Shown here one piece after another: positions 16,416 to 26,524 of a stretch of 39,428 nt of DNA (position 1 is the stretch's first letter; every line of letters starts with the position of its first letter). A program made the position numbers and the translations under genes. Under the pieces are notes generated by a model, which was not told the DNA's origin, did no database searches, and saw only the letters and a list, made by a program, of their open reading frames with translations. This DNA is from Deferribacterales bacterium (GTDB lineage Bacteria > Chrysiogenota > Deferribacteres > Deferribacterales > Geovibrionaceae), in the NCBI GenBank assembly GCA_050253335.1, contig JBFWJG010000019.1, forward strand, positions 1-39,428. Direction: 5' to 3'.

Positions 16416-16979
16416 CTAAATCTTTTCTCTGACAAACTTTTCTATAACGGCCGCTATTTCATCTGTTCCCGAAGGGGAAGAAGCATTCGGGAGAAGCTCC
16501 GCTATATCCCTGAAACGGGCGACTGTTTTCTGGAGCAGACCGATGAGAGCGTCTTTCATGTCCTGATTTCTTTTGAGTTCTATATGGGTTCTGACCCTTG
16601 CCAGAAGCTCTTCGGAGTTGAAAGGCTTTGATATATAATCAACAGCGCCCGCATGGAAGCCTTTTTTGATGTCCTCCGCGGATGCGCGTCCGGTGAGAAA
16701 AATAATAGGGATGCCCTCTGTGAGCGGATTGGATCTGATCTTTTCGCACACCTCAAGGCCGTCCATCCCGGGCATAACTATATCAAGCAGTATCAGCTCG
16801 GGGCTGATGCTCTCAAGCATTTCAAGCGCCTGTTCACCGCTGACGGCGAAGGCTATTTCATAGTTTTTACGGGAAAGGATCAGGCTGAGGAGCTGAATGT
16901 TCTTGGGAACATCATCCACAATAAGCACAAGAGGCTTCCGCTCGCTCATCTCTTCCAGAAGGTCGCTCACTTCATACAT
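16416..16979 (-). CDS. response regulator (receiver plus short helical C-terminus)
   Basis: VLIVDD, LILLDIVMPGMDG, PIIFLT, GAVDYISKPF, ELLARVRTH; no recognisable output domain. Confidence 0.92.
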   Translation of the reverse strand: MYEVSDLLEEMSERKPLVLIVDDVPKNIQLLSLILSRKNYEIAFAVSGEQALEMLESISPELILLDIVMPGMDGLEVCEKIRSNPLTEGIPIIFLTGRASAEDIKKGFHAGAVDYISKPFNSEELLARVRTHIELKRNQDMKDALIGLLQKTVARFRDIAELLPNASSPSGTDEIAAVIEKFVREKI

Positions 16980-17196
16980 TCATCACCGGTGTTTTCTGAT
17001 TTTTCCATAAAATAGTCCATGGCACTCAAAATTACAAATGTAAGTTGGGATTGTGGGCAGCTTTTTCTCACATGTAACGCACATGCACAGTTAAAACATA
17101 TATGTCTCCAGTGAAACTGTTTATAGATAAACATTTTTTATTTAGCATGGCAATTGCTTTCAGTCAGGAGTAACATATCTCAGGGAGAGTGCACTT

Positions 17197-18036
17197 ATGT
17201 TCAGAAAAGTATTGCGTAAAACAGTTTCATTAACGGCCTTGTTCTCTTTTTTCATCATGACCTTCACCGGAACGGTGATAATGCTCACACCCCCCGGTCG
17301 GCTTGCGGAATGGGCAGTCTGGAGGGTTTTCGGGCTTACCAAAGAGGAGCACACCAACATCCACCTGACAACTGCCTGTCTTTTTATTCTGGCGATGATC
17401 CTTCACATATGGCTCAACTGGAAATCGATCTGGGCTTATCTGAAAGGAAAAACCGCTGTGAAAGCAAGCGCTGAGCTTGCTGTTTCCCTCGTGCTCACGG
17501 TTCTTGTGGTGTGGGGGACGATTGTTTCCGCGCCGCCTTTCAGCACAGGAATTGAGGCGCTTGAAAGCTATAAGGATCACTATGAGGACACAATTGAGAA
17601 CCCGCCCTTCGGTCATGCGGAGCTTGCCCCCCTTGACGGACTTATCACAAAAATGGGCTTTGACCTTGAACAGTCGCTCGTTCTGCTTGAGGAAGCCGGA
17701 ATAAGGATGGACAGTCCTTCATCAACTCTGAAGAAAATTGCCGCGGAAAACAGGGTCAGCCCCGCGTATATTTACGGCATAATAAAAACAACCAAAAAAG
17801 AACAGGAAGAAACCGAACCCCAGCCGATTCAGGAAGAGCCAGTATCGGGAATCGGCAGAATAGGTCTTGACACTCTCGCCGGAAAAATCGGAATGACTCC
17901 GGAAAAAGCCGTGGAACTGCTGAAGGCGAAGGGGATTGAAGCCGCCGCGGATGAAAAGGTTAAGGATATAGCGGAAAGAGCGGGTATGCTCCCCATGGAT
18001 ATTTACGATTATCTCAAAGAGAATATGCCGGAATAA
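17197..18036 (+). CDS. DUF4405-like membrane protein with duplicated C-terminal helical unit
   Basis: Three TM segments with two His (NIHL, LHIWLNW) typical of DUF4405; PPFGHAE; two similar ~50-aa C-terminal repeats. Confidence 0.8.
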   Translation: MFRKVLRKTVSLTALFSFFIMTFTGTVIMLTPPGRLAEWAVWRVFGLTKEEHTNIHLTTACLFILAMILHIWLNWKSIWAYLKGKTAVKASAELAVSLVLTVLVVWGTIVSAPPFSTGIEALESYKDHYEDTIENPPFGHAELAPLDGLITKMGFDLEQSLVLLEEAGIRMDSPSSTLKKIAAENRVSPAYIYGIIKTTKKEQEETEPQPIQEEPVSGIGRIGLDTLAGKIGMTPEKAVELLKAKGIEAAADEKVKDIAERAGMLPMDIYDYLKENMPE

Positions 18037-18108
18037 GCCGTCCTTTGAGGCGGTTCGGTTACTGACTATGTCTTTTTAAGACAAGAACTATCAGCGAAAA
18101 TCATACCC

Positions 18109-18140
18109 TGCCCTCCTTCGAAAGGAGGGCATTCTTCTTT
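18109..18140 (+). terminator. intrinsic terminator between convergent units
   Basis: TGCCCTCCTT-CGA-AAGGAGGGCA followed by TTCTTCTTT. Confidence 0.8.
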
Positions 18141-18168
18141 TACGAATGATTTTATAAATACACAGAAT

Positions 18169-18579
18169 TCAGTCCGCTTTTGTGTGGTAGATCTGCTTCA
18201 TAAGCAGGGCTGACTTGTAAAGCTTCCCCTTATCCGCCAGCGAAGGACTGATAAACGGGGTGTAGCCGCGTCTTTTTATGTGTGCTTCCAGCTCCGCAAG
18301 GGATGAGAGAAGCTCTTCATCCTCTTTTCCGCCTTCCGCCGGTGAAACAAGAAACTCCATATATTTGAGCGTCTTATCAGTATAAGCGTTGATAAGTGCG
18401 TCAAGCTCGGCATCACCCGGACAGTTTGCCGCCAGCTTCCTGAAAAGCCTCAGAGTTTCGGTTCTGCGCCTTCTGCTTCTTAAAAGGAAAAAAACAAATA
18501 CCCACGCCACCATAAACACGGTGAGCGCCTGAATAATAAAAAATCCCAGAGTAAACTGGGTAACCTCTGCCCCCTGCAT
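18169..18579 (-). CDS. hypothetical protein with one N-terminal TM helix
   Basis: GGGGGA SD 10 nt after the galE stop; hydrophobic segment followed by RRSRRRR. Confidence 0.65.
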   Translation of the reverse strand: MQGAEVTQFTLGFFIIQALTVFMVAWVFVFFLLRSRRRRTETLRLFRKLAANCPGDAELDALINAYTDKTLKYMEFLVSPAEGGKEDEELLSSLAELEAHIKRRGYTPFISPSLADKGKLYKSALLMKQIYHTKAD

Positions 18580-18589
18580 CTATCCCCCG

Positions 18590-19552
18590 TCAGACTGTTT
18601 TCCAAACAGTTTTTATTATATCCTCAACGGCCGTATATTCAGGCCGCCAGCCAAGAACATGCCTTGCCTTTGCGCTGTCCGCCACAAGAGAGGCGGGATC
18701 ACCCGCTCTTCTTCCTTCGGTTTTTACTTCAAAATCCCTGCCGCTGACAAGCCTTACCTTGCTTATCACCTCTTTAACGGAAAATCCGCTGCCGTTTCCA
18801 AGGTTAAAGTCCTCGGACTCCCCGCCGCCTTCCAGATATTTAAGGCCTGCCAGATGAGCCTCGCAGAGGTCGTTCACATGGATATAGTCCCGCACGCAGG
18901 TTCCGTCCGGAGTGCCGTAGTCATCACCGTATACCGCTATGCAGCTTCTCTCACCCTTGGCAGCCTGAACCACAAGGGGGATAAGGTGCGTCTCGGGACT
19001 GTGGCGTTCCTTCAGATCGCCCGATTCATCGTGCCCAGCCGCATTAAAGTAACGGAAAATAACATATTTAAGATCATAAGCCGCCGAATAGTCCCTTAAC
19101 GCCTCTTCGATCATGAGCTTGGTTCTGCCGTACGGGTTCACCGGTTTTTTCGGGTGGTTCTCGTCCATGGGCAGGTATTCAGGATCCCCGAAAACCGCCG
19201 CAGTCGAGCTGAATATAAACCTGTCGCAGGCGTGCCTGCGCATTGTTTCAAGGAGGCTTAAAGTGCCCGCCACATTATTCCTGTAATACTTCTCCGGTTT
19301 CTCAACCGATTCCCCCACAAGGGAAAAAGCGGCAAAATGCATCACCGCGGCGGGGTTGTATTTCTCCAGTATTCTGCCCATCCCCGCAGAATCTGCTATG
19401 TCGCATTCTTCAAAATCGCCGTGGAGAACCGCATCACGGTGGCCTGTGGAAAGGTTGTCCACTGTGACCGGATTAAAGCCCGCTTCACTGAGTTTTTTGA
19501 CCATATGCGAACCGATATAGCCGGCTCCTCCGGCAACTATTATGTTTTTCAT
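18590..19552 (-). CDS. galE: UDP-glucose 4-epimerase
   Basis: GGAGYIGSH, HFAAFSLVGES, FSSTAA, YGRTK, FRYFNAAG, DGTCVRDYIHV. Confidence 0.96.
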   Translation of the reverse strand: MKNIIVAGGAGYIGSHMVKKLSEAGFNPVTVDNLSTGHRDAVLHGDFEECDIADSAGMGRILEKYNPAAVMHFAAFSLVGESVEKPEKYYRNNVAGTLSLLETMRRHACDRFIFSSTAAVFGDPEYLPMDENHPKKPVNPYGRTKLMIEEALRDYSAAYDLKYVIFRYFNAAGHDESGDLKERHSPETHLIPLVVQAAKGERSCIAVYGDDYGTPDGTCVRDYIHVNDLCEAHLAGLKYLEGGGESEDFNLGNGSGFSVKEVISKVRLVSGRDFEVKTEGRRAGDPASLVADSAKARHVLGWRPEYTAVEDIIKTVWKTV

Positions 19553-19556
19553 GTTT

Positions 19557-20294
19557 TTACCTTAGCCTGTCTCTGCCGAAAGGGAAAAAATTCCTTGTCT
19601 CCGTGACGGCAGCGACACTGATTTCAGCGGTGAAGACTCCTTCAGCACTGCCGCATTCAATAACGGCATCGCCAAGAGGGCTGTAAACGGCGGAGTCTCC
19701 AGAATAATGTGCCTTGGGGTCGTTTCCTGTTCTGTTGACACCTATGACAAAAGCCTGATTTTCAACGGCTCTGGCACGCAGCAGACTTTTCCAGTGGAGG
19801 CTTCTTGATGCGGGGCAGCTTGCGTTTACTAAAAATATATCCGTTTCCGCGGCCTTTTCCCAGAAGAGATAAGCAAACCGCAGGTCATAGCAAACAAAGG
19901 GGGTTATCCTTGCGCCGTTCAGACTGAAAGTGACGGTTTTGTCCCCTTTGGAATAAAACCTGTCCTCATCTGCGTAGCTGAAGAGGTGGATTTTTTTATA
20001 TGATGCGATACGTTCGCCGTTTTTATCCAAAGTTATCTGACAGTTGAAGCCGTTTTCCACTGCTCCGTATGTAACCGCGCAGGAAAAGCGCCTTGCAACA
20101 GATGCGAAAAATTCCCTGTCTGCCTCATCTGACAAGGTTTCTGCGGTGTTCATGGAAAACCCAGTCAAAGTCATCTCAGGAAATATCAGCAGATCAGTGT
20201 CACCCTTGAAAGAGCCCAGCAGGTTTTCAATCCGCTCCTTCGTGGCTTTCTTGTCTTCCCAGAACATATCAAGCTGAACAAGGGAAATTTTCAT
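19557..20294 (-). CDS. nitrilase-fold carbon-nitrogen hydrolase (omega-amidase/YafV-like), copy 1
   Basis: E-K-C triad: FPEM, YKKIHLF, VCYDLRF; RARAVENQ, GVNRTG. Confidence 0.92.
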   Translation of the reverse strand: MKISLVQLDMFWEDKKATKERIENLLGSFKGDTDLLIFPEMTLTGFSMNTAETLSDEADREFFASVARRFSCAVTYGAVENGFNCQITLDKNGERIASYKKIHLFSYADEDRFYSKGDKTVTFSLNGARITPFVCYDLRFAYLFWEKAAETDIFLVNASCPASRSLHWKSLLRARAVENQAFVIGVNRTGNDPKAHYSGDSAVYSPLGDAVIECGSAEGVFTAEISVAAVTETRNFFPFGRDRLR

Positions 20295-20295
20295 T

Positions 20296-21690
20296 TTAAT
20301 TTCTTCCGTGGTCGTCGCTTATTCTTATTATGTCATCTTCTCCCGTGTAGCTTCCGACCTGAACCTCAACAATGACTAAATCTTCTGCGCCTTTATTCTC
20401 AAGCCTGTGAATCTCCCCCTGAGGAATATATGTGGACTCGTTAGATGAAACTGTTATTTCCCTGTCACCCACAGTGACAGCAGCAGTTCCGCTCACCACA
20501 ACCCAATGCTCACTGCGGTGGAGATGTTTCTGCAGAGAAAGCCTCTTTCCGGGCTTTACAGTAATCTGCTTTATTTTATAACCGTTCCTTTCCTCAAGAA
20601 CTGTAAAATGCCCCCACGGACGGCGGGCAAAATCCGACACTTCTGTTATTGACGCAGAATCTTTTGATTTTTCAAGCTGTTCAACTATGCGGCGCACTTT
20701 CTGGGATGAGCCCCTTCTGCTGATCATAAGAGCATCCGGAGTATCTGCGATAATAAGGCCGTCAACATCAATAACCGATATTTTTCTCTTTGAAGCAATG
20801 AACAGATTCCCGTGAGAATTTACAGCAACAGGCTCCGGCGAATTTTCCGGAAAAACCACATTCTCCGCCTCGTCTTTGTCAAACGCATCATGCAGTGCCT
20901 CGAAGCTGCCTAAGTCGCTCCAAGAAAAATCAGAAGGTATCACTTTAATAAGACTGCTTTTTTCCATCACTGCATAGTCTATGCTGTCGGCCGGAATCGA
21001 ATTCATTTTTTCAGCAGGTACAGTCAGTCTGCGGGTTTCACCAACAGATTTCAAAGCCTCTATGCTTGCCGAATAAATTTTCGGACAGTGCTTCCGCATC
21101 TCTTCCAGCATAACCCCTGCCTTAAAGCAGAACATGCCGCTGTTCCAAAGAAAACTGCCTTTTGAGATATACTCTTCCGCAGTTTTTATATCGGGCTTTT
21201 CTTTGAATGAAACCACATCAAGACCATCTGCCTCGATGTATCCGTAGCCGGTTTCGGGGGAAGAAGGTTTTATGCCGAATGTAACTATAAAACCTTTTTC
21301 CGCCTCTTTTTCTGCGAGTCTTACGGATTCTGCATATTTATCATTATCACGGATTAAATGATCGGAAGGAGTTACAAGAAGTATGTCATTTTCGCCACAA
21401 AGCATTGATGCCATAGCTATTGCCGGAGCGGTATTCCGCCCTGCGGACTCAAAAAGGAAACGGAAGCTGTTCTTATCCGCCTTTATTTCATCAAGATCAT
21501 CCTGAACAAGAAAGGCCTGCTCAGAGTTGGAGACGATCAGATATTCGGAACACAACGGTCTGTTCCGCTCCACGGCTTCCTGAAAGAGGGATCTGCCGCC
21601 GAAAAATTTTATAAACTGCTTGGGAAGCTTTTTTCTGCTCAGAGGCCACAGCCTTGTGCCGCTTCCACCGGAAAGGATTATGTTTATCAT
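20296..21690 (-). CDS. manC: mannose-1-phosphate guanylyltransferase / mannose-6-phosphate isomerase
   Basis: GGSGTRLWPLSR..PKQF, GRNTAPA, ETGYGYI, WNSGMF, SIDYAVME, WSDLG, RPWG, HRSEHW cupin. Confidence 0.95.
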   Translation of the reverse strand: MINIILSGGSGTRLWPLSRKKLPKQFIKFFGGRSLFQEAVERNRPLCSEYLIVSNSEQAFLVQDDLDEIKADKNSFRFLFESAGRNTAPAIAMASMLCGENDILLVTPSDHLIRDNDKYAESVRLAEKEAEKGFIVTFGIKPSSPETGYGYIEADGLDVVSFKEKPDIKTAEEYISKGSFLWNSGMFCFKAGVMLEEMRKHCPKIYSASIEALKSVGETRRLTVPAEKMNSIPADSIDYAVMEKSSLIKVIPSDFSWSDLGSFEALHDAFDKDEAENVVFPENSPEPVAVNSHGNLFIASKRKISVIDVDGLIIADTPDALMISRRGSSQKVRRIVEQLEKSKDSASITEVSDFARRPWGHFTVLEERNGYKIKQITVKPGKRLSLQKHLHRSEHWVVVSGTAAVTVGDREITVSSNESTYIPQGEIHRLENKGAEDLVIVEVQVGSYTGEDDIIRISDDHGRN

Positions 21691-21703
21691 AGTTAAAATC
21701 TGC

Positions 21704-22804
21704 TTAATCCAGAGAATTTTTTATTATTTCGGATATCAGTTCTATATCGTTTCGCTCCATAGCTGTTCCGGAGGGAATGCATAACCCTTTTGCGAAGAGC
21801 TTTTCTGAAGTTCCGTCTACCAAACTTTCGGCTCCGCAGAATAATTTTTGCAGATGCATAGGCTTCCATAAAGGGCGGCTCTCGCATCCGTTTTTATTCA
21901 GTTCTGTCATGACCTTCCGGTAATCGGTTTTCTCAAAAGTTATAGTGGTAAGCCATCTGTTACCCCTTGCACCTTCCAGCTCGGGCATAAACTCAATTTC
22001 CTGAACACCGCTCAACGCCTCTTTATACCAATCGAAAATCTGCCGTTTCTTCAGCACTCTTTTCTCTATAACTTCCATCTGGCCTGCACCTATTGCCGCC
22101 AGAACATTGCTCATTCTATAGTTATAACCGTAATCTGAATGCTCATAGTGAATTTCGGGTTCTCTTGCCTGCGTGGAATAAAACTTCGCTTTTTCTATCC
22201 ATTCCTTGTTTTCGGAAACAAGCATTCCGCCGCCTGAGGTTGTAAGAATTTTGTTGCCGTTGAATGAGTAAATTCCAAAATCACCGTAGGTTCCCGTGTG
22301 GTTCCCCTTGTAGGTTCCTCCAAGTGATTCTGCTGCATCTTCAATAAGATATATACCTTTCTCTTTGCATATTGCATATAACTCTTCAATGTCCGCACTC
22401 TGTCCGTAAAGATGTGTAACAATAACTGCCTTCGGCTTTTTAGCCGCAGAAGATAAATACTTCTTCAGAAGCCGCGGTGACATATTCCAGCTATCGACAT
22501 CACTGTCTATAAATACAGGGTTAGCTTTCTGGTAAAGTATCGCACCTACGGAACCTATGAATGTGAAGGTGGAAGCGGCGACATCATCCCCTTCTTTAAC
22601 CCCTAAAACTCTCAGAGCCAGATGGATTGCCGCCGTTCCGCTGACAACAGCCAGCGCATTTCCCGTACCGGTGTATTCTTTTATGCTGTTTTCAAACTTA
22701 TTAACATATTCTCCGAGAGGAGCGATGTAATTGCTCTGGAAAACTTTTTCAACATTACTAAGCTCATTTCCGCTCATATGTGGAGGTGAAAGATAATACT
22801 TCAT
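21704..22804 (-). CDS. pglE: DegT/DnrJ aminotransferase, PglE/EpsN-like (UDP-4-keto-6-deoxy-HexNAc aminotransferase)
   Basis: LSPPHM, SNYIAPLG, EDAAESLG, SFNGNKILTTSGGG, GYNYRMSN, NRWL, RPLWKPMH. Confidence 0.85.
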   Translation of the reverse strand: MKYYLSPPHMSGNELSNVEKVFQSNYIAPLGEYVNKFENSIKEYTGTGNALAVVSGTAAIHLALRVLGVKEGDDVAASTFTFIGSVGAILYQKANPVFIDSDVDSWNMSPRLLKKYLSSAAKKPKAVIVTHLYGQSADIEELYAICKEKGIYLIEDAAESLGGTYKGNHTGTYGDFGIYSFNGNKILTTSGGGMLVSENKEWIEKAKFYSTQAREPEIHYEHSDYGYNYRMSNVLAAIGAGQMEVIEKRVLKKRQIFDWYKEALSGVQEIEFMPELEGARGNRWLTTITFEKTDYRKVMTELNKNGCESRPLWKPMHLQKLFCGAESLVDGTSEKLFAKGLCIPSGTAMERNDIELISEIIKNSLD

Positions 22805-22822
22805 AAAACCTCTGAAATTATG

Positions 22823-23440
22823 TTACTCACTGCCCTTGAATTTGGACATGGTTGCCTGTCCGTCCTGCGATATGTCGCTTCTTTTAACCACTTTAAACAG
22901 TGTAAGAAAAATAACTTTCATATCAAGGAGAAAACCTGCATTATCGACATACCACACATCAAATTTGAATTTATCTTCCCATGTGATGGCATTCCGCCCG
23001 TTAATCTGCGCCCAGCCCGTTATCCCCGGACGGACTTCGTGCCTCCTTGCTTCAAAGCTTGAATAAAGAGGGAGATACTCTACCAGCAAGGGTCTGGGGC
23101 CTACTAGGCTCATTTCACCTTTTATCACATTTATAAGCTCCGGAAGTTCATCGAGGCTTGATGCTCTCAGAAACTTACCGAACCTTGTAAGTCTTTCTGC
23201 ATCAGGGAGAAGATTTCCGTTCTTATCTTTCTTTTCTGTCATGCTCCTGAATTTGTACATTGTAAAGAGCTGTCCGTTCAGCCCCGGTCTTGCCTGACAG
23301 AAAACAACGGGTGAACCCAGCTTAACCCTTACAAGCAAAGCAATAGTTATAATCATCGGGCTTAAAACAAGAAGTGCAGCCAACGCCAGAAGAAATTCCA
23401 ACGGATGTTTCAAATAATTCAGGTAAAACCGCTTTTTCAT
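22823..23440 (-). CDS. pglC: monotopic phosphoglycosyltransferase, PglC/EpsL-like initiating transferase
   Basis: LGSPV.F.Q.RPG, KFRSM, LRASSLDELPE, GEMSLVGPRP, RPGITGWAQINGRN. Confidence 0.85.
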   Translation of the reverse strand: MKKRFYLNYLKHPLEFLLALAALLVLSPMIITIALLVRVKLGSPVVFCQARPGLNGQLFTMYKFRSMTEKKDKNGNLLPDAERLTRFGKFLRASSLDELPELINVIKGEMSLVGPRPLLVEYLPLYSSFEARRHEVRPGITGWAQINGRNAITWEDKFKFDVWYVDNAGFLLDMKVIFLTLFKVVKRSDISQDGQATMSKFKGSE

Positions 23441-23441
23441 T

Positions 23442-24668
23442 TTAGTTTCCCGTTACCTGTTTTATAAGCCCTGCATATTTCTCAGAAGTAACTTTTCTGT
23501 CAAAATTTTTTCTGACATAATCATACCCCTGACTGCCCATTTTATCCAATTCATCGCCGGGCATATCTGCCATTTCGGCTATTACCGATGCGAAAGAATC
23601 TGCATTCTCGGGCTCACTGAAGAAACCGCAGCCTGCATCTTCCACAAGTTCACGGGTTATGCCGTCAATAGTAACTATTACAGGGCGTGAGCAAGCCATA
23701 TAGTCAAAAACCTTATTGGGGTAAACAGTTTTGAATGTGTCGGTCTTCTTGAGAACAGCCACGCAGACATCCGCCGCCGCAATATATGAATACACTTTAT
23801 CTTTGCTCACTGCATCTATAAAGCTGAGGTTGCTTATTTTCCTTTCTGCGGCTTCTTCAACCAGCTTTTTCTTTAGCATACCATCGCCTATCATCACCAG
23901 AAGAATATCTTTTCTGTACTCAAGCTTTTCAGCGGCATCAAGCATAATACCCAAGTCATTGGCAAGACCGTGGGCTCCGAAATATGCAAATACTTTTTTG
24001 CCGCCCCAGCCGAGGTTCTCCCTGATGCCTGAACCGTCGATATTATCAACAAAGTCCAGATCTGCCGCATTGGTAATAATTTCTATTTTTGAGTCAAAAT
24101 CAGGAAACCTTGCAGATATATCTTTTTTGAAAGCAGGAGTCAGAACGACTATTTTATCCGCATGTTTGTAAAACATTTTTTCCATAGCATACATAATATT
24201 TATCAGTCTTTTGTTTGTAACAACCCCTGTAGCCACAGCAGATTCTGGCCAGAGGTCTCGCACTTCAAATATGAAAGGCACTCTTTTAAGCTTTGAAAGC
24301 ATAAGAGCCGCCATACCTATGAAGAGAGAGGGGGAAGTCGCTATAATCAGCTTTGGTTTTTTTAGAAATAAAGCACATAAGAAGCCGGAAGCAACATAGG
24401 AAAAATAACCTAAGATCCTGCCGAAAAAGTTTTTATTGTACCCTGAGTATGTCCATGTTCTGTACACATTTATCTTATCAGAGAGGCATTCCTTGTTCAG
24501 CCATGTGTTTTTGCCTATTTTTGTGCCTTTTGTGTAGTGAATATTACCGGCGACAACATCTATCCGCTCAACTCCGCTTTCGCTGAGGTACCTTGTGAGC
24601 TGGTTCCAGCGGGAACCGCCCGGATCATCTTTCCCTAAAAAAAACTGATGAAAAAGTAACAGTGACAT
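23442..24668 (-). CDS. GT4 family glycosyltransferase (WbuB-like)
   Basis: ATSPSLF, FEVRDLWPE, Y.GAHG.AN, IGDG, PNKVFDYMA; ATG overlaps the upstream TGA. Confidence 0.9.
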   Translation of the reverse strand: MSLLLFHQFFLGKDDPGGSRWNQLTRYLSESGVERIDVVAGNIHYTKGTKIGKNTWLNKECLSDKINVYRTWTYSGYNKNFFGRILGYFSYVASGFLCALFLKKPKLIIATSPSLFIGMAALMLSKLKRVPFIFEVRDLWPESAVATGVVTNKRLINIMYAMEKMFYKHADKIVVLTPAFKKDISARFPDFDSKIEIITNAADLDFVDNIDGSGIRENLGWGGKKVFAYFGAHGLANDLGIMLDAAEKLEYRKDILLVMIGDGMLKKKLVEEAAERKISNLSFIDAVSKDKVYSYIAAADVCVAVLKKTDTFKTVYPNKVFDYMACSRPVIVTIDGITRELVEDAGCGFFSEPENADSFASVIAEMADMPGDELDKMGSQGYDYVRKNFDRKVTSEKYAGLIKQVTGN

Positions 24669-26524
24669 CAAAAAATTATCCTTGTTGAAATAATTATTTC
24701 TTCACTCCCGCCGGCAGAAACAACTATCCTGCTGCCTTCGGTGTAAGAATTATAATAAGCGGAGATATATGAGGTATCCAGATTTATATCTCCGTCAGAA
24801 AATAATTTAACGCCTTTTTCTGATTCTGCTCCGCCTGCAAACAGACTGAATTTCTCAGCAGAGTTCCAGAACTGTTTTACAGTAAGTTTTCCGGTATGCC
24901 CGTATATCCTGTCCGTGATCAGCACTGAATCATCAAAAAGCTCGATTTTTCTGTTATGGACAGCTCCGAATTTATCCTTATAACCGTAATGCTCACACTC
25001 AAGAAAATTATCCGAAGCACTGATAAGCTTTGCAGTGTACCATCCGCTCCACCCGAAACTGCCATATCTGTCCATTGGGTTCACACCATTGATTTCAACG
25101 GTGTTATGCCCGCATATCCCCGTAAAATTCTCTTTTATTTTGATGTCTGTATTGTAAGAATATGAACCGCTGTCGCAGAAAATGTTATCCCCGCCTGCCC
25201 ATATGTCAAGGTGGAGCATATCGCACTGGTGCGGGCGGTGGCGGTAAGAGTGACAGCGGGTAAAAAGAGCCAGCTCCCCTTTTCTCAAAAAAAAGTATCC
25301 GCTGTCCGGGAAAAAATTCTTTTTCTCTGAATCGGCCTTCACTCCGTGATTTTTTATCCCGAAGAAGCTGATAAGTGCATCTGCGCCATTGTAAACAGCA
25401 GCTCCGCTGTTCACTGCTGAGGCAAGGTTTATGCTCTCCCTGTAATCCATGTAATCTGTCTCAGTCAGAGGAAAAAGAAGTGCGCCGTCATTTGGACCGT
25501 AATTGGGTAATTTACCGTTCTTTATTTCTGCGGAATAAAGAAACCCGCACAGCAACGAATGCTTTGTTCTTATCTCTTCAGGCAGGGGAAAATCGTTTTT
25601 ATCCGCAGCAATGATAACCAGAGAAAGAACATCTGTCACAAGCCTGTGATAGTTCATTGAATGCTGGATATAACCGCCGTCCGCATAAACCTGATAAACT
25701 GTCTGGGACAGAAGATACCGGATACCTTTTGAAATAAACCGTTCTGTATCACTATTTTTCGCCAGATAAAGCCCGCCGATAAAGAGCCCAGCCGCTTCGC
25801 TGACAGAATGATTGTTTCTCACTGATTCTGCCGCGAAACTTATGTTTGACTCGATACGCAAAAGCGACGTGTGGATGCATCGGGCGGCTTCCTCTCTTAA
25901 ATCTGCATCTACATAGTCCTCAAAGTATGACAAGGCACAAAACCATGCAAAAACTCTGAAGGCTATTTCCTGCCCGCATTTATAGTTCACTCCGCATGGG
26001 AAAGGATTATCCTCAATCCACAGACGTATCTGCTCGATACAGGCATGGGCATACTTTTTATCTTGGGTTGCGGAGTGAGCTGAAATGAAATGAAAGATCT
26101 GAGGGAAACGGCTTATTTCCCATATGAGTTTTATATCGCCGACAGAACCGAAGTCAGGAATATTCTGCCATTCTGCTTCTTTTGAAGACTTCTTCCCGCT
26201 GACGGGATTATAGTTCCAAAAAATTTTGCCTTCAGGAGCATAGTCCAGCTCCGCTGAAGAGAATGCCCTGATTCGTCCGTTAATGGCATTATCAGCAATC
26301 CTGCGGATTTTCTCCGGTTCTGAAGTGCATTTATATTCTTTTGAAACAAGACTAAAAAGAGACTGCGAGAAGCCAACCGGTGATGACTGCGATTTTGCGG
26401 ATATTCGCCTGTTAGCTCTGCCAAAAAAACCGGTCTTGATCTTAAAAGCATAGACGAGGCGGAAGCACAGCCACCTCAGCCCCATTTTTCTTACATATCC
26501 TGCGAATGCTCTGCTAATTACCAA
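24668..26524 (-). CDS. heparinase II/III-family protein
   Basis: GDIKLIWEISRF, NNH..SEA, DGGYIQHSMNYHR, PNYGPNDG, D.LHLDIW, DSGSYSYN, HNT; start uncertain (TTG 26524 has a GGAG SD; 26485 and 26569 are alternatives). Confidence 0.85.
   Translation of the reverse strand: MVISRAFAGYVRKMGLRWLCFRLVYAFKIKTGFFGRANRRISAKSQSSPVGFSQSLFSLVSKEYKCTSEPEKIRRIADNAINGRIRAFSSAELDYAPEGKIFWNYNPVSGKKSSKEAEWQNIPDFGSVGDIKLIWEISRFPQIFHFISAHSATQDKKYAHACIEQIRLWIEDNPFPCGVNYKCGQEIAFRVFAWFCALSYFEDYVDADLREEAARCIHTSLLRIESNISFAAESVRNNHSVSEAAGLFIGGLYLAKNSDTERFISKGIRYLLSQTVYQVYADGGYIQHSMNYHRLVTDVLSLVIIAADKNDFPLPEEIRTKHSLLCGFLYSAEIKNGKLPNYGPNDGALLFPLTETDYMDYRESINLASAVNSGAAVYNGADALISFFGIKNHGVKADSEKKNFFPDSGYFFLRKGELALFTRCHSYRHRPHQCDMLHLDIWAGGDNIFCDSGSYSYNTDIKIKENFTGICGHNTVEINGVNPMDRYGSFGWSGWYTAKLISASDNFLECEHYGYKDKFGAVHNRKIELFDDSVLITDRIYGHTGKLTVKQFWNSAEKFSLFAGGAESEKGVKLFSDGDINLDTSYISAYYNSYTEGSRIVVSAGGSEEIIISTRIIF

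Noticed and set aside
15930..16631. 233-aa plus-strand ORF
   Set aside because: Antisense to the pseudouridine synthase and response regulator genes, no domain signature
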